This document shows positions 7,961 through 21,333 of a DNA stretch of 32,000 nt, piece after piece. The DNA is from Cyclobacteriaceae bacterium (GTDB lineage Bacteria > Bacteroidota > Bacteroidia > Cytophagales > Cyclobacteriaceae). Where the stretch lies: positions 1 to 32,000 of the forward strand of contig JBGAUU010000016.1 in assembly GCA_044228465.1 (NCBI GenBank), written 5' to 3'. Under the pieces are notes generated by a model. The model saw nothing but the letters and a program-made list of their open reading frames with translations, was not told the DNA's origin and did not search any database. Position numbers and translations under genes: made by a program. The first letter of the stretch is position 1, and each line of letters starts with the position of its first letter.

Positions 7961-10486
7961 ATGTTGCGATTATTTTTTACCCTGATGGTGTTAGGAACTT
8001 GTGCATGTCGCAACAGCTTCGCGCAAGCTATTACTCCATGTCGTGTGGGCAAACCGGAGGAGAATACAGCCACAAAGCAGTTAGAAGAATTTACCAAACA
8101 ATTTGCCGATAGTATTGGCAGAATGCAAAGTCAAACCAATGCAAGAAGCGCTGGTATTAAGTACACGATACCTGTTGTATTTCATGTATTTGGTACTGAC
8201 TTTGAAGGAAAAAGAGTAACACCCGAAATTATTCGCAATTCACTTAACCAAGTGAATGATGATTTTAATGGAAGAAATGATGATTATTCAGCTATTGACC
8301 CTCTCTTTGATCCTATCAAGAGCACAATGGACATCGAATTTAAGTTAGCACAAATAGACCCTTCCGGTAAACCGACTACCGGTATGATTTTTTACCCGAA
8401 TACACAAGGCGTAAAAGGCTTCGGGGAGAAAACTGCGCACGATGCAGAAATTCAAAAATATGCGTGGGATAATTATAAGTATTGCAATGTATACATCATG
8501 CTAAAACTATACGATACTGATGATACAAGTCAATCAGGAGTAGCATGGTACCCTACCTCATTTGAGATGTCATCTAATTTATTTCGAATTGTGTACAACG
8601 GGAAATTTTTAACGGGTAACACAGATAAAGAATTTTCATCCACACTCTCTCACGAATTTGGGCATTATCTCAACCTCTTTCACACATTTGAAGGTTTGTG
8701 CACGGCTAAGAATGATGAAGTAGATGATACTCCGGCTGAAAATGAAATGGAAGCATCGGCTTGTCGTGGAATAAAAAATTGTTTTGGCAACTTTATCAAT
8801 GGGGAAAACTACATGGGATACACGGGTTCTAAAAACCGTTGCTACAAAATGTTTACCAAAGGACAAGTGATCAGGATGCTTGCAGCGCTCCAATACCCTA
8901 CCCGAAAGCAGCTGTGGCAAGCAGCCAATTTGGTTGCTACTGGCGTTGCGGGTTCAAGGGTAAATTTTGTGAGTCTAGAATTCAATGAGCATGTTCTTAA
9001 TGATGGAACAATCGATGAGCCTATTGATTTATTGGCCAGCGAGAGCGTTACATTCTCCACAGTTAGTCAATTTTTAGAGCCCAGTGTAGATTTCATCGTC
9101 AACAATTTGCCGGCTGGATTAACAGCGCGCATACAAATTATAAACTCACAGCAAGCAAAATTTTATCTTGCCGGAATAGCCACATCACACCGTCAATCCA
9201 ATTCGATTACAAACTTATCCATTGAATTCAAACCATCCGCATTTGCAACCGGATTCTCAGGTCTTTCCAATCCCATCATTACCGATATAAAGGTCAATTG
9301 GATCGATCCATATACAGCAATTTCCTGTGTACCTTCTGTTAGCGATAATAACTTTATCCGCATCACTCGGTTTCGATTAAATACAACGGATAAATCATCG
9401 CTGCAAGAGCGCTACTCAAACAATACAGTAAGCATAACCAGTTTGGCACAAGGCTGCAGTTACCCGCTTACTATCAATGTAAATACGGCCGGTGCGCCAT
9501 TGGAATATCAAATAATAAAGGTTTGGGTAGATTGGAATGGAAACTATGTTTTAACAGAAGATGAAATTGTCATCAGTAAAGTATTTGAATCTAACCCGTT
9601 TAAAAAAGAGAAAGAATTTACTTTTACTCTACGTGTACCCTTTTATGCTTTTGCCGGTAAAAAGAGTATTCGAATTTTGGCACAAAGTAAAGGTTCAACT
9701 GAAAATTGGTTGCCTTGTGGTGATTTTTCAAAAGGCGAAATAGAAGATTACTACGCCAATGTTGTTGAGTATTGTGTCCCCAATAAAACATCAGAACAAG
9801 GGGCATTTATCTCAAATGTCAGCTTACAAGACATCAACAATTCAACACAAGCAGGCAGTTACACGAATTATCTAGATGATAACCTTGTAGCTACGGTGGC
9901 GCAAGGAACCAAGAGCACATTATCAGCTACCATCTCAAAAGGCAACGCTGCATGGAATGATAATCAGCGAGTTCAAGCATGGATAGATTGGAATCTCGAT
10001 GGAGTTTTTTCTGATTCGGAGTTAATAGTGACAAAAAATTTTGCTTTCACTGAGGCCGCAGGCCAAACTACTTATTTAGTCAATGAAGTCCTCACCATTC
10101 CGGCAAACGTTGTTATTGGTTCAACTACTTTTCTGAGAATTATTAATCAAAGCATTGCCACAACTGCAACCAACTCAGCTTGCTCTGCCATTGCCGATGG
10201 CGAAATTGAAGATTATGGCATTAAAGTGGACGCTCCAATTACAGAAGTAGAAGCTACTATTGAAACAATCAATGTTTATCCTAATCCGTCAGTTGATGGT
10301 GAGTACCACACAAGTCAACCTGTTATCATACTTTCTATCATTCATCAAAGCGGTGTGGAATTAGAAAAAACGAGTTTAATTGAAACTAGATCAATCAATC
10401 TAACAGGGCAGCCTCCCGGTGTTTACCTTGTAAAGGCTGCTAACCAAAACCATTCAATAACTTTTAAAATTATAAAACAAGAATAG
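7961..10486 (+). CDS. Secreted zinc metalloprotease, MEROPS M43 (cytophagalysin/pappalysin type), with two GEVED-like domains and a T9SS C-terminal sorting domain
   Basis: The ATG at 7961 gives the signal peptide MLRLFFTLMVLGTCA. Zinc site HEFGHYLNLFHTF (HExxHxxxxxH). GEIEDY motifs occur twice in repeated roughly 150-aa modules. The C-terminus (INVYPNPSVDGEY...GVYLVKAANQNHSITFKIIKQE) resembles a Por secretion tail. Confidence 0.8.
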   Translation: MLRLFFTLMVLGTCACRNSFAQAITPCRVGKPEENTATKQLEEFTKQFADSIGRMQSQTNARSAGIKYTIPVVFHVFGTDFEGKRVTPEIIRNSLNQVNDDFNGRNDDYSAIDPLFDPIKSTMDIEFKLAQIDPSGKPTTGMIFYPNTQGVKGFGEKTAHDAEIQKYAWDNYKYCNVYIMLKLYDTDDTSQSGVAWYPTSFEMSSNLFRIVYNGKFLTGNTDKEFSSTLSHEFGHYLNLFHTFEGLCTAKNDEVDDTPAENEMEASACRGIKNCFGNFINGENYMGYTGSKNRCYKMFTKGQVIRMLAALQYPTRKQLWQAANLVATGVAGSRVNFVSLEFNEHVLNDGTIDEPIDLLASESVTFSTVSQFLEPSVDFIVNNLPAGLTARIQIINSQQAKFYLAGIATSHRQSNSITNLSIEFKPSAFATGFSGLSNPIITDIKVNWIDPYTAISCVPSVSDNNFIRITRFRLNTTDKSSLQERYSNNTVSITSLAQGCSYPLTINVNTAGAPLEYQIIKVWVDWNGNYVLTEDEIVISKVFESNPFKKEKEFTFTLRVPFYAFAGKKSIRILAQSKGSTENWLPCGDFSKGEIEDYYANVVEYCVPNKTSEQGAFISNVSLQDINNSTQAGSYTNYLDDNLVATVAQGTKSTLSATISKGNAAWNDNQRVQAWIDWNLDGVFSDSELIVTKNFAFTEAAGQTTYLVNEVLTIPANVVIGSTTFLRIINQSIATTATNSACSAIADGEIEDYGIKVDAPITEVEATIETINVYPNPSVDGEYHTSQPVIILSIIHQSGVELEKTSLIETRSINLTGQPPGVYLVKAANQNHSITFKIIKQE

Positions 10487-10549
10487 CAGAAATTAAGAAG
10501 AACAATGGGCGGTGGAAATAGAATTTAGGGTTAAGGCTCATTACTTACG

Positions 10550-10580
10550 AATCACCCTCTCCACTAAGGGTGATTTTTCT
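10550..10580 (+). terminator. Rho-independent terminator after the M43 protease gene
   Basis: Perfect 8-bp stem aatcaccc/gggtgatt with a 10-nt loop, followed by tttct. Confidence 0.65.
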
Positions 10581-10605
10581 TAGATTGCCATGATTAAAAC
10601 GTACT

Positions 10606-13600
10606 ATGCAAAGCGACTCAACCCTAAACATGACCTTCAGTAGAATAGAACTGATTGATTTTCTTTTAAGGAATTATGGTATCCATGCCACGCTGGAAGA
10701 GTTACCTGGTGAATTAGACTTAAACTTTTTAGTTACAACCACAAGTTCACGAAAATTCATTCTGAAAATTGCCAACGAGAGTGAGATTCTGGAAAACCTG
10801 CAGCTTCAAAATGCAGTAATTCGGCATTTATCTCAACACCAAAATGATCTTTCTATCTCAAAGTTAATTAAAGCAGTAAATGGCAAAGAGATTTTGACTA
10901 TAACAAAAAAAAACGGGAAGAAAAGATACGTGCGATTGCTCTCGTGGGTAGAAGGACGAACATTGGCTAGCGTAAGTCCGCACTCTCCCCTTCTACTAGA
11001 AAGGCTTGGTGAAATGTGTGGCAAACTATGTGCAGCGCTATCTAATTTTGATCATGCGGCTGCTCACCGTTTTATGAAGTGGGATCCCACGCAAGCTGCA
11101 TGGACAAAGGAACATCTAACAAAATTTACTGACGAACGAAGAGAGTTGATTGACTATTTCTATACACTTTTTGAAACCGTAGCTGTTCCGGCATTTCCGC
11201 TTCTACGCATGAGTGTTAATTACAACGATGCGAATGACTACAATGTGTTGGTAAACCACGATGTTCACGATCCACGTGTGCCGGGTGTTATTGATTTTGG
11301 TGATGTAGTTTATACACATACAGTCAACGAACTTGCCATTGTAATATCATATGCTATTATGGGCAAAGCGAACCCACTGGAAGCGGCTTGTCATATAGTG
11401 CGTGGTTTTCATAATGTCTTTCCCCTGACTGATAAGGAATTGGAGGTTTTATTCACGTTGGTATGCACGCGCTTACTCATTAGCGTTACATGCGCAGAGT
11501 TAAACCGGCTCAACCATCCGGAAAATGAATACCTACAAATCAGCGATCGGGCGGCATGGCAAACTTTGAAGAAATTGAAAAGCATTTCTCCATCTCTTGC
11601 TTACTGCATGTTCCGGAATACCAGCGGACTTGAGCCTAATCCAAAGGCAACCTTATTCAATTCATGGGCAAGCGGCCACTATAAAGCAACGCATTTCCCC
11701 ATATCTAATAGCGCCAAAGTAATTTGGCTTGACCTAAGTGTAGGTAGTTTAGATTTAGGTACTACGGACACCATTTCGAGTCCAACAAAACTAGACGAAC
11801 GTATTTCATCATTAATTCAGCAAAGCGGTGCCTCTTTAGCTTTCGGAAAATATGCCGAAGCTCGGGCCATTTATGCTACACCCGCATATAAAGTGGTTAC
11901 CAATGATGGGTGTTCATGGCGAACCATACACCTTGGATTAGACTTTTTCGCCAACGCAGGAACTATTGTCTGTGCTGCATTGGATGGTGTAGTTCACAGT
12001 GTTGCAAACAATACAAATGATCGGGATTATGGCCCTACTATTATTCTAAAACATGTCGCATCTGAATCGCTTACTTTTTACACGTTGTATGGTCATCTTA
12101 ACCAAGAATGCCTAAGTGACTTGCACGTAGGCAAGAAAATAAAAGGAGGTCAACCAATTGCCAAACTAGGTTATCGGCATGAAAATGGGAATTGGACACC
12201 ACACCTACACTTTCAGGTAATGCTGGATACACTGGGAAATCATGGCGACTTTCCTGGGGTTTGCATCCCTGAAGATGCCACCGTTTGGAAAAGCATCTGT
12301 CCTGATCCGTGGATTTTATTTACAGGAAAATGTAGCCCTGAAGAAAAGAAATTAACACGCGATGAGATCGTCAGCTTTCGCAAGCAACATGTTGGTAAAA
12401 ATCTCAGCATCTCCTATAAACAACCCATTAAAATGGTGCGGGGTGCAGGAGCATTTTTAATAGATGATGTAGGCAGAAGATATTTAGATACTGTAAACAA
12501 CGTAGCGCACGTTGGCCATGAACATCCACGAGTAGTAGCTGTTGGGCAACGACAAATGGCAGTGCTCAATACTAACACACGCTACTTGCACGAAAATCTG
12601 GTGAAGTTTGTTGACGAATTACTCGCCACCATGCCGCCTGAACTAAACGTAGCTTTTGTAGTCAATTCTGGAAGCGAAGCCAATGAATTGGCGCTGCGCA
12701 TTGCAAAGACATATACCAATCAGAAAGACATGATCGTGTCGCAGGTTGGTTACCATGGAAACACCAATGGCTGCATCGATATCAGTTCCTATAAGTTTGA
12801 TGGCAAAGGCGGAAAAGGCAAACCCGATCATGTGCATGTAATACCAATACCTGACGTGTATCGAGGACTCTATCGTGCAGGCGTAGCTGACGCAGGTAGC
12901 AAATATGCTGCGCATGTCAAACAATCCATCGAAGCTTTGCAAAATCAAAACAAGAAGCCGGCTGCTTTCATCTTTGAATCTGTAATAAGCTGCGGAGGTC
13001 AGGTAGAATTACCTAATAATTTTCTGAAAGAAGCATATGCCTATATCCGTGCAGCCGGAGGCGTGTGTGTGGCAGATGAAGTACAAACCGGATGTGGTCG
13101 TGCAGGAGATCACTTCTGGGCGTTTCAGCAACACGAGGTAGTGCCGGATATTGTTACAATCGGCAAACCAATTGGAAATGGGCATCCATTGGGGGTTGTG
13201 GTGACCACCCAAGCGCTAGCCGATGCTTTTAAAAATGGCATGGAGTACTTCAATACATTTGGTGGTAACCCGGTGTCTTGTGCAATTGGGTTGGAAGTGC
13301 TACGTGTAATAAAAGACGAGAAGTTACAACAGAATGCGAAAGTGGTAGGTAACTATTTGAAAAATGGGTTGAATACATTAATGAATGAATTTGAAATTAT
13401 CGGTGATGTGCGGGGCCCCGGACTTTTTATCGGATTTGAATTGGTAAAAAATCGCGACAGCAAAGAACCGGCTACAGCGCAGGCCAATTACTTCGCCAAC
13501 CGCATGCGCGACAAAGGAATATTGATGAGCACGGATGGTCCGTTTGATAATGTGCTGAAGATTAAACCACCCGTTATTTTCTCTCAGGCCAACGCAGACT

Positions 13601-13656
13601 TTCTTTTGGAGAACATTCAAGAGGTATTGCGCGAAGATGTTATGAAGATAAGTTAA
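10606..13656 (+). CDS. Tri-domain fusion: hydroxylysine-kinase-like (APH-fold) phosphotransferase + peptidase M23 domain + class-III PLP enzyme of the AGXT2L (phospho-lyase) type
   Basis: There is no signal peptide. The N-terminal roughly 335 aa carry kinase motifs NDANDYN (DxxxxN) and IDFGD, and resemble human HYKK as I recall it ([27 protein letters not shown]). The middle region has the M23 zinc motifs HLGLD (11929-11943) and HLH (12202-12210). The C-terminal roughly 430 aa have the PLP-lysine motif [16 protein letters not shown] (K at 13165-13167), close to the ETNPPL/PHYKPL motif DIVTMGKPMGNGHP. Confidence 0.8.
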   Translation: MQSDSTLNMTFSRIELIDFLLRNYGIHATLEELPGELDLNFLVTTTSSRKFILKIANESEILENLQLQNAVIRHLSQHQNDLSISKLIKAVNGKEILTITKKNGKKRYVRLLSWVEGRTLASVSPHSPLLLERLGEMCGKLCAALSNFDHAAAHRFMKWDPTQAAWTKEHLTKFTDERRELIDYFYTLFETVAVPAFPLLRMSVNYNDANDYNVLVNHDVHDPRVPGVIDFGDVVYTHTVNELAIVISYAIMGKANPLEAACHIVRGFHNVFPLTDKELEVLFTLVCTRLLISVTCAELNRLNHPENEYLQISDRAAWQTLKKLKSISPSLAYCMFRNTSGLEPNPKATLFNSWASGHYKATHFPISNSAKVIWLDLSVGSLDLGTTDTISSPTKLDERISSLIQQSGASLAFGKYAEARAIYATPAYKVVTNDGCSWRTIHLGLDFFANAGTIVCAALDGVVHSVANNTNDRDYGPTIILKHVASESLTFYTLYGHLNQECLSDLHVGKKIKGGQPIAKLGYRHENGNWTPHLHFQVMLDTLGNHGDFPGVCIPEDATVWKSICPDPWILFTGKCSPEEKKLTRDEIVSFRKQHVGKNLSISYKQPIKMVRGAGAFLIDDVGRRYLDTVNNVAHVGHEHPRVVAVGQRQMAVLNTNTRYLHENLVKFVDELLATMPPELNVAFVVNSGSEANELALRIAKTYTNQKDMIVSQVGYHGNTNGCIDISSYKFDGKGGKGKPDHVHVIPIPDVYRGLYRAGVADAGSKYAAHVKQSIEALQNQNKKPAAFIFESVISCGGQVELPNNFLKEAYAYIRAAGGVCVADEVQTGCGRAGDHFWAFQQHEVVPDIVTIGKPIGNGHPLGVVVTTQALADAFKNGMEYFNTFGGNPVSCAIGLEVLRVIKDEKLQQNAKVVGNYLKNGLNTLMNEFEIIGDVRGPGLFIGFELVKNRDSKEPATAQANYFANRMRDKGILMSTDGPFDNVLKIKPPVIFSQANADFLLENIQEVLREDVMKIS

Positions 13657-13687
13657 CACTAGCTCACAATGTGCAACCACTTTGATC

Positions 13688-13813
13688 ACAGCACGAGTGT
13701 GGAAAGCGTGCTCAGCCAGGGATAGTAGCGGAAAGCCCGCAGTGATGCGCCTCGCAGCACGAGGACTTGAAGCGAATAGCCCGTTGCCACTGCGCTTCGC
13801 GTGGCAGGCTGCA
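13688..13813. other. GC-rich cluster of short hairpins and an imperfect internal repeat in an intergenic region (possible ncRNA or REP-like element)
   Basis: About 60 percent GC by hand count, against AT-rich flanks. The 9-mer cagcacgag occurs at 13689 and 13755. Stems seen: agcacg/cgtgct, gcgg/ccgc, cctcg/cgagg and ttgccac/gtggcag. No convincing ORF is present. Confidence 0.3.
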
Positions 13814-13868
13814 AAAAAAGTATTCAATTGTTTGAGGGCTTTAAAGCACCTTTGACATCTAACTTTAA

Positions 13869-15818
<1,950 letters not shown>

Positions 15819-17855
15819 ATGATACAGTACTCTTTTTGGCTGCATGTTCATAGCTTACATGTCAGCACCAGGCTATCCGCTGCAAGCCCACTCTCCCCTT
15901 ACACCATATTACCAGCTTGCGGTTTTGGGGGACGTTCCGTTTCTTTTCCTTACCGAATTAACAACTCCAGAGCAGAGGTTGATGTTTCAGTAGAATATGG
16001 CGGAGTTAAGCAGATCTTATTATTCATTTTTCTTTTCATTCAGATTAGCGCTCAATCCTTCGCACAAGATACCATACGGCTGAGCACATTTGGCTTGAAG
16101 CCAAATAGCCGAGTCAACGCAGTGTCATTCATAAACAAAGCGCTGGCGCTGACAAAAAGCAAAAGCACCGTATTGCTCTTTGAAAAGGGTCGCTACGATT
16201 TTTGGCCTGATGAAGCCACCCGTAAAAATTATTATGAATCGAACACTACCATTGTCAATCCGCGTGTGTGCGGCATTTTCATTTTCAAACAGCATAACCT
16301 CACACTCGATGGCGCGGGTGCAGATTTTATATTTCATAGTAAAATGCAGCCCGTAACCATTGATAGTAGCGAAAATATTACGATCAAAAACTTTTCGGTT
16401 GATTGGGAAATACCATTTGGTGCCGAAGCTGAAATTACTGACGTAACCGAAACTTATTTTGACTTAGTCATTAATGAGCAACATCACCCCTATGAGATCG
16501 AAAACAATAAACTCTATTTCATAGGTGAAGGCTGGAAAGAAATGTGGGGCGGTGTGAAGTGGAACGACCCAATTGAATTTGAACGCGAAACTTTCATGGT
16601 GACACCGGAAACTGATGACTACCTGCTGGGTGACGACTGGGAGCAAAAGTACACAGCCCAAGAAATCTCAAACGGCGTAGTTAGAATATTTTATGCAAAC
16701 AATAAACGACTGAAGAAAGGTAATTACCTCAACCTGCGTATAGGCGCAAGAGATCATGCCGGAGTCTTTATGGCTGATAGCAAGAATATTCAATTGCAAA
16801 ACATCAACATGCACAGTAATTCAGGTATGAACTTTTTGGCTCAATTCACCGAAAATATTTCTTATAAAAATGTGAACTGCATTCCTAGTCGCAAAAGAAA
16901 GGTAGTTGCCGGCCATGATGACGGTTTGCATCATACCAACTGCAAGGGGATGATTTTAGTAGATGGCTGTTCTTTTAGAGGCATTATGGACGATGCCTTT
17001 AACGCACATAACACCTATGTGCTAGTGAAAGAAAAACTAAGCACGAATAAATTGCTCTGTCAATTTAGACATCATCAAAGTTTGGGATTCGTGTGGGGGC
17101 GCATAGGCGAGCAAGTAAGTTTTATAAAAACACAATCGATGAACTCGGTTGGTAGTGCCACCATCAAATCATATAAAATTCTAAAACCGGAGCTTTTTGA
17201 AATTGAGTTTGACTCTCCCATCCCACCCGCTATTACTGGTGACGATGCACTCGAAAACATCACATGGAATCCTTCGGTAGAAATTAAGAATTGCCAGTTT
17301 GGACAACATCGAGCACGAGCTATTTTAGCATCCACCCCTGAAAAGGTATGGATACACAATAATGTTTTCGAAAGTAGCGGTGCCGCCATCTGCATTCCGG
17401 GAGACGCAAACCATTGGTATGAAGGCGGAGCAGCTAAGGAGGTAATTATCAGCCACAACAAATTCATTAACTGCAACACTTCTGCCTATCAGTTTAGTGA
17501 AGCCATTATCTGCATACAACCGGGCATTCCAGCTTTTAATGCAACCCTTCCCCGGTTTCATAAAAACATACGCATAACCAACAACGAGTTTGAAGTCTTT
17601 GATGCAGCGGTTATCTACGCCTTTAGTGTGGAAGGATTGGTTATCAATAGCAACACAATCAAACGGACCACTCAATTTACCCCGCGGAATTCAAATACCC
17701 CAATGTTTAAAATAGACGCATGTAAGAAGGTTGAGATTATAGAAAACAACTTTGATCTCAAATTACTCAACACAAAAATTCAGCTTATCCGTATGCATTT
17801 AGCCGATTTGAAATTCGATAAGAACCAAAATGCAAAGGTGATAAACAATAAATAA
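15819..17855 (+). CDS. Right-handed parallel beta-helix glycoside hydrolase, GH110-like (alpha-1,3-galactosidase family) candidate; start uncertain
   Basis: Long ORF with repeated beta-helix-like segments (NITIKNFSVDW, NIQLQNINMHSNSG, VEIKNCQF, IISHNKFINC, IRITNNEFEV, LVINSNTI). The N-terminal RYDFWPD...YYESNTT region matches my recollection of GH110. The only canonical start is the ATG at 15819, abutting the upstream TAA. A signal-peptide-like KQILLFIFLFIQISAQSFAQ begins only at codon 64. Confidence 0.6.
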   Translation: MIQYSFWLHVHSLHVSTRLSAASPLSPYTILPACGFGGRSVSFPYRINNSRAEVDVSVEYGGVKQILLFIFLFIQISAQSFAQDTIRLSTFGLKPNSRVNAVSFINKALALTKSKSTVLLFEKGRYDFWPDEATRKNYYESNTTIVNPRVCGIFIFKQHNLTLDGAGADFIFHSKMQPVTIDSSENITIKNFSVDWEIPFGAEAEITDVTETYFDLVINEQHHPYEIENNKLYFIGEGWKEMWGGVKWNDPIEFERETFMVTPETDDYLLGDDWEQKYTAQEISNGVVRIFYANNKRLKKGNYLNLRIGARDHAGVFMADSKNIQLQNINMHSNSGMNFLAQFTENISYKNVNCIPSRKRKVVAGHDDGLHHTNCKGMILVDGCSFRGIMDDAFNAHNTYVLVKEKLSTNKLLCQFRHHQSLGFVWGRIGEQVSFIKTQSMNSVGSATIKSYKILKPELFEIEFDSPIPPAITGDDALENITWNPSVEIKNCQFGQHRARAILASTPEKVWIHNNVFESSGAAICIPGDANHWYEGGAAKEVIISHNKFINCNTSAYQFSEAIICIQPGIPAFNATLPRFHKNIRITNNEFEVFDAAVIYAFSVEGLVINSNTIKRTTQFTPRNSNTPMFKIDACKKVEIIENNFDLKLLNTKIQLIRMHLADLKFDKNQNAKVINNK

Positions 17856-17860
17856 ATTAG

Positions 17861-21058
<3,198 letters not shown>

Positions 21059-21333
21059 TACATTTAGCTTAATATGACTTTTGAACTTGATGTAAAAATT
21101 CCTTGGCATAACAGTATTACTTCTAAAAGTAGATATCTAATCAAAAAGAACCGGTTTGGAGTATTTGGAGAAAATACATCTTAAAGTAATCACCACATTT
21201 AATTCGTAGGGGGCTAGAACCTTCGAAATTATAGTGGGAACAAGGGTTTACTCAGTTTATACTATATTCGCATCGAAGTATTTTATTCAATGACTACATC
21301 AGTTTACAATTAGAAGAGTACCTGTTCTTGATT

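Noticed and set aside
13378-13827. 149-aa minus-strand ORF spanning the 3-prime end of the fusion gene and the GC-rich intergenic element
   Set aside because: It is antisense to a well-supported PLP-enzyme coding region. Its Arg/Ala-rich composition is typical of a shadow ORF through GC-rich sequence, and I see no recognisable motifs.
15860-15890. Partial similarity between cagcaccaggctatccgctgcaagccc (15864 region) and cagccagggatagtagcggaaagccc (13713 region), hinting at a shared repeat family flanking the GH63 gene
   Set aside because: Identity is only about 70 percent over roughly 28 nt with gaps, and the predicted stems differ. This is too weak to claim without a genome-wide search.
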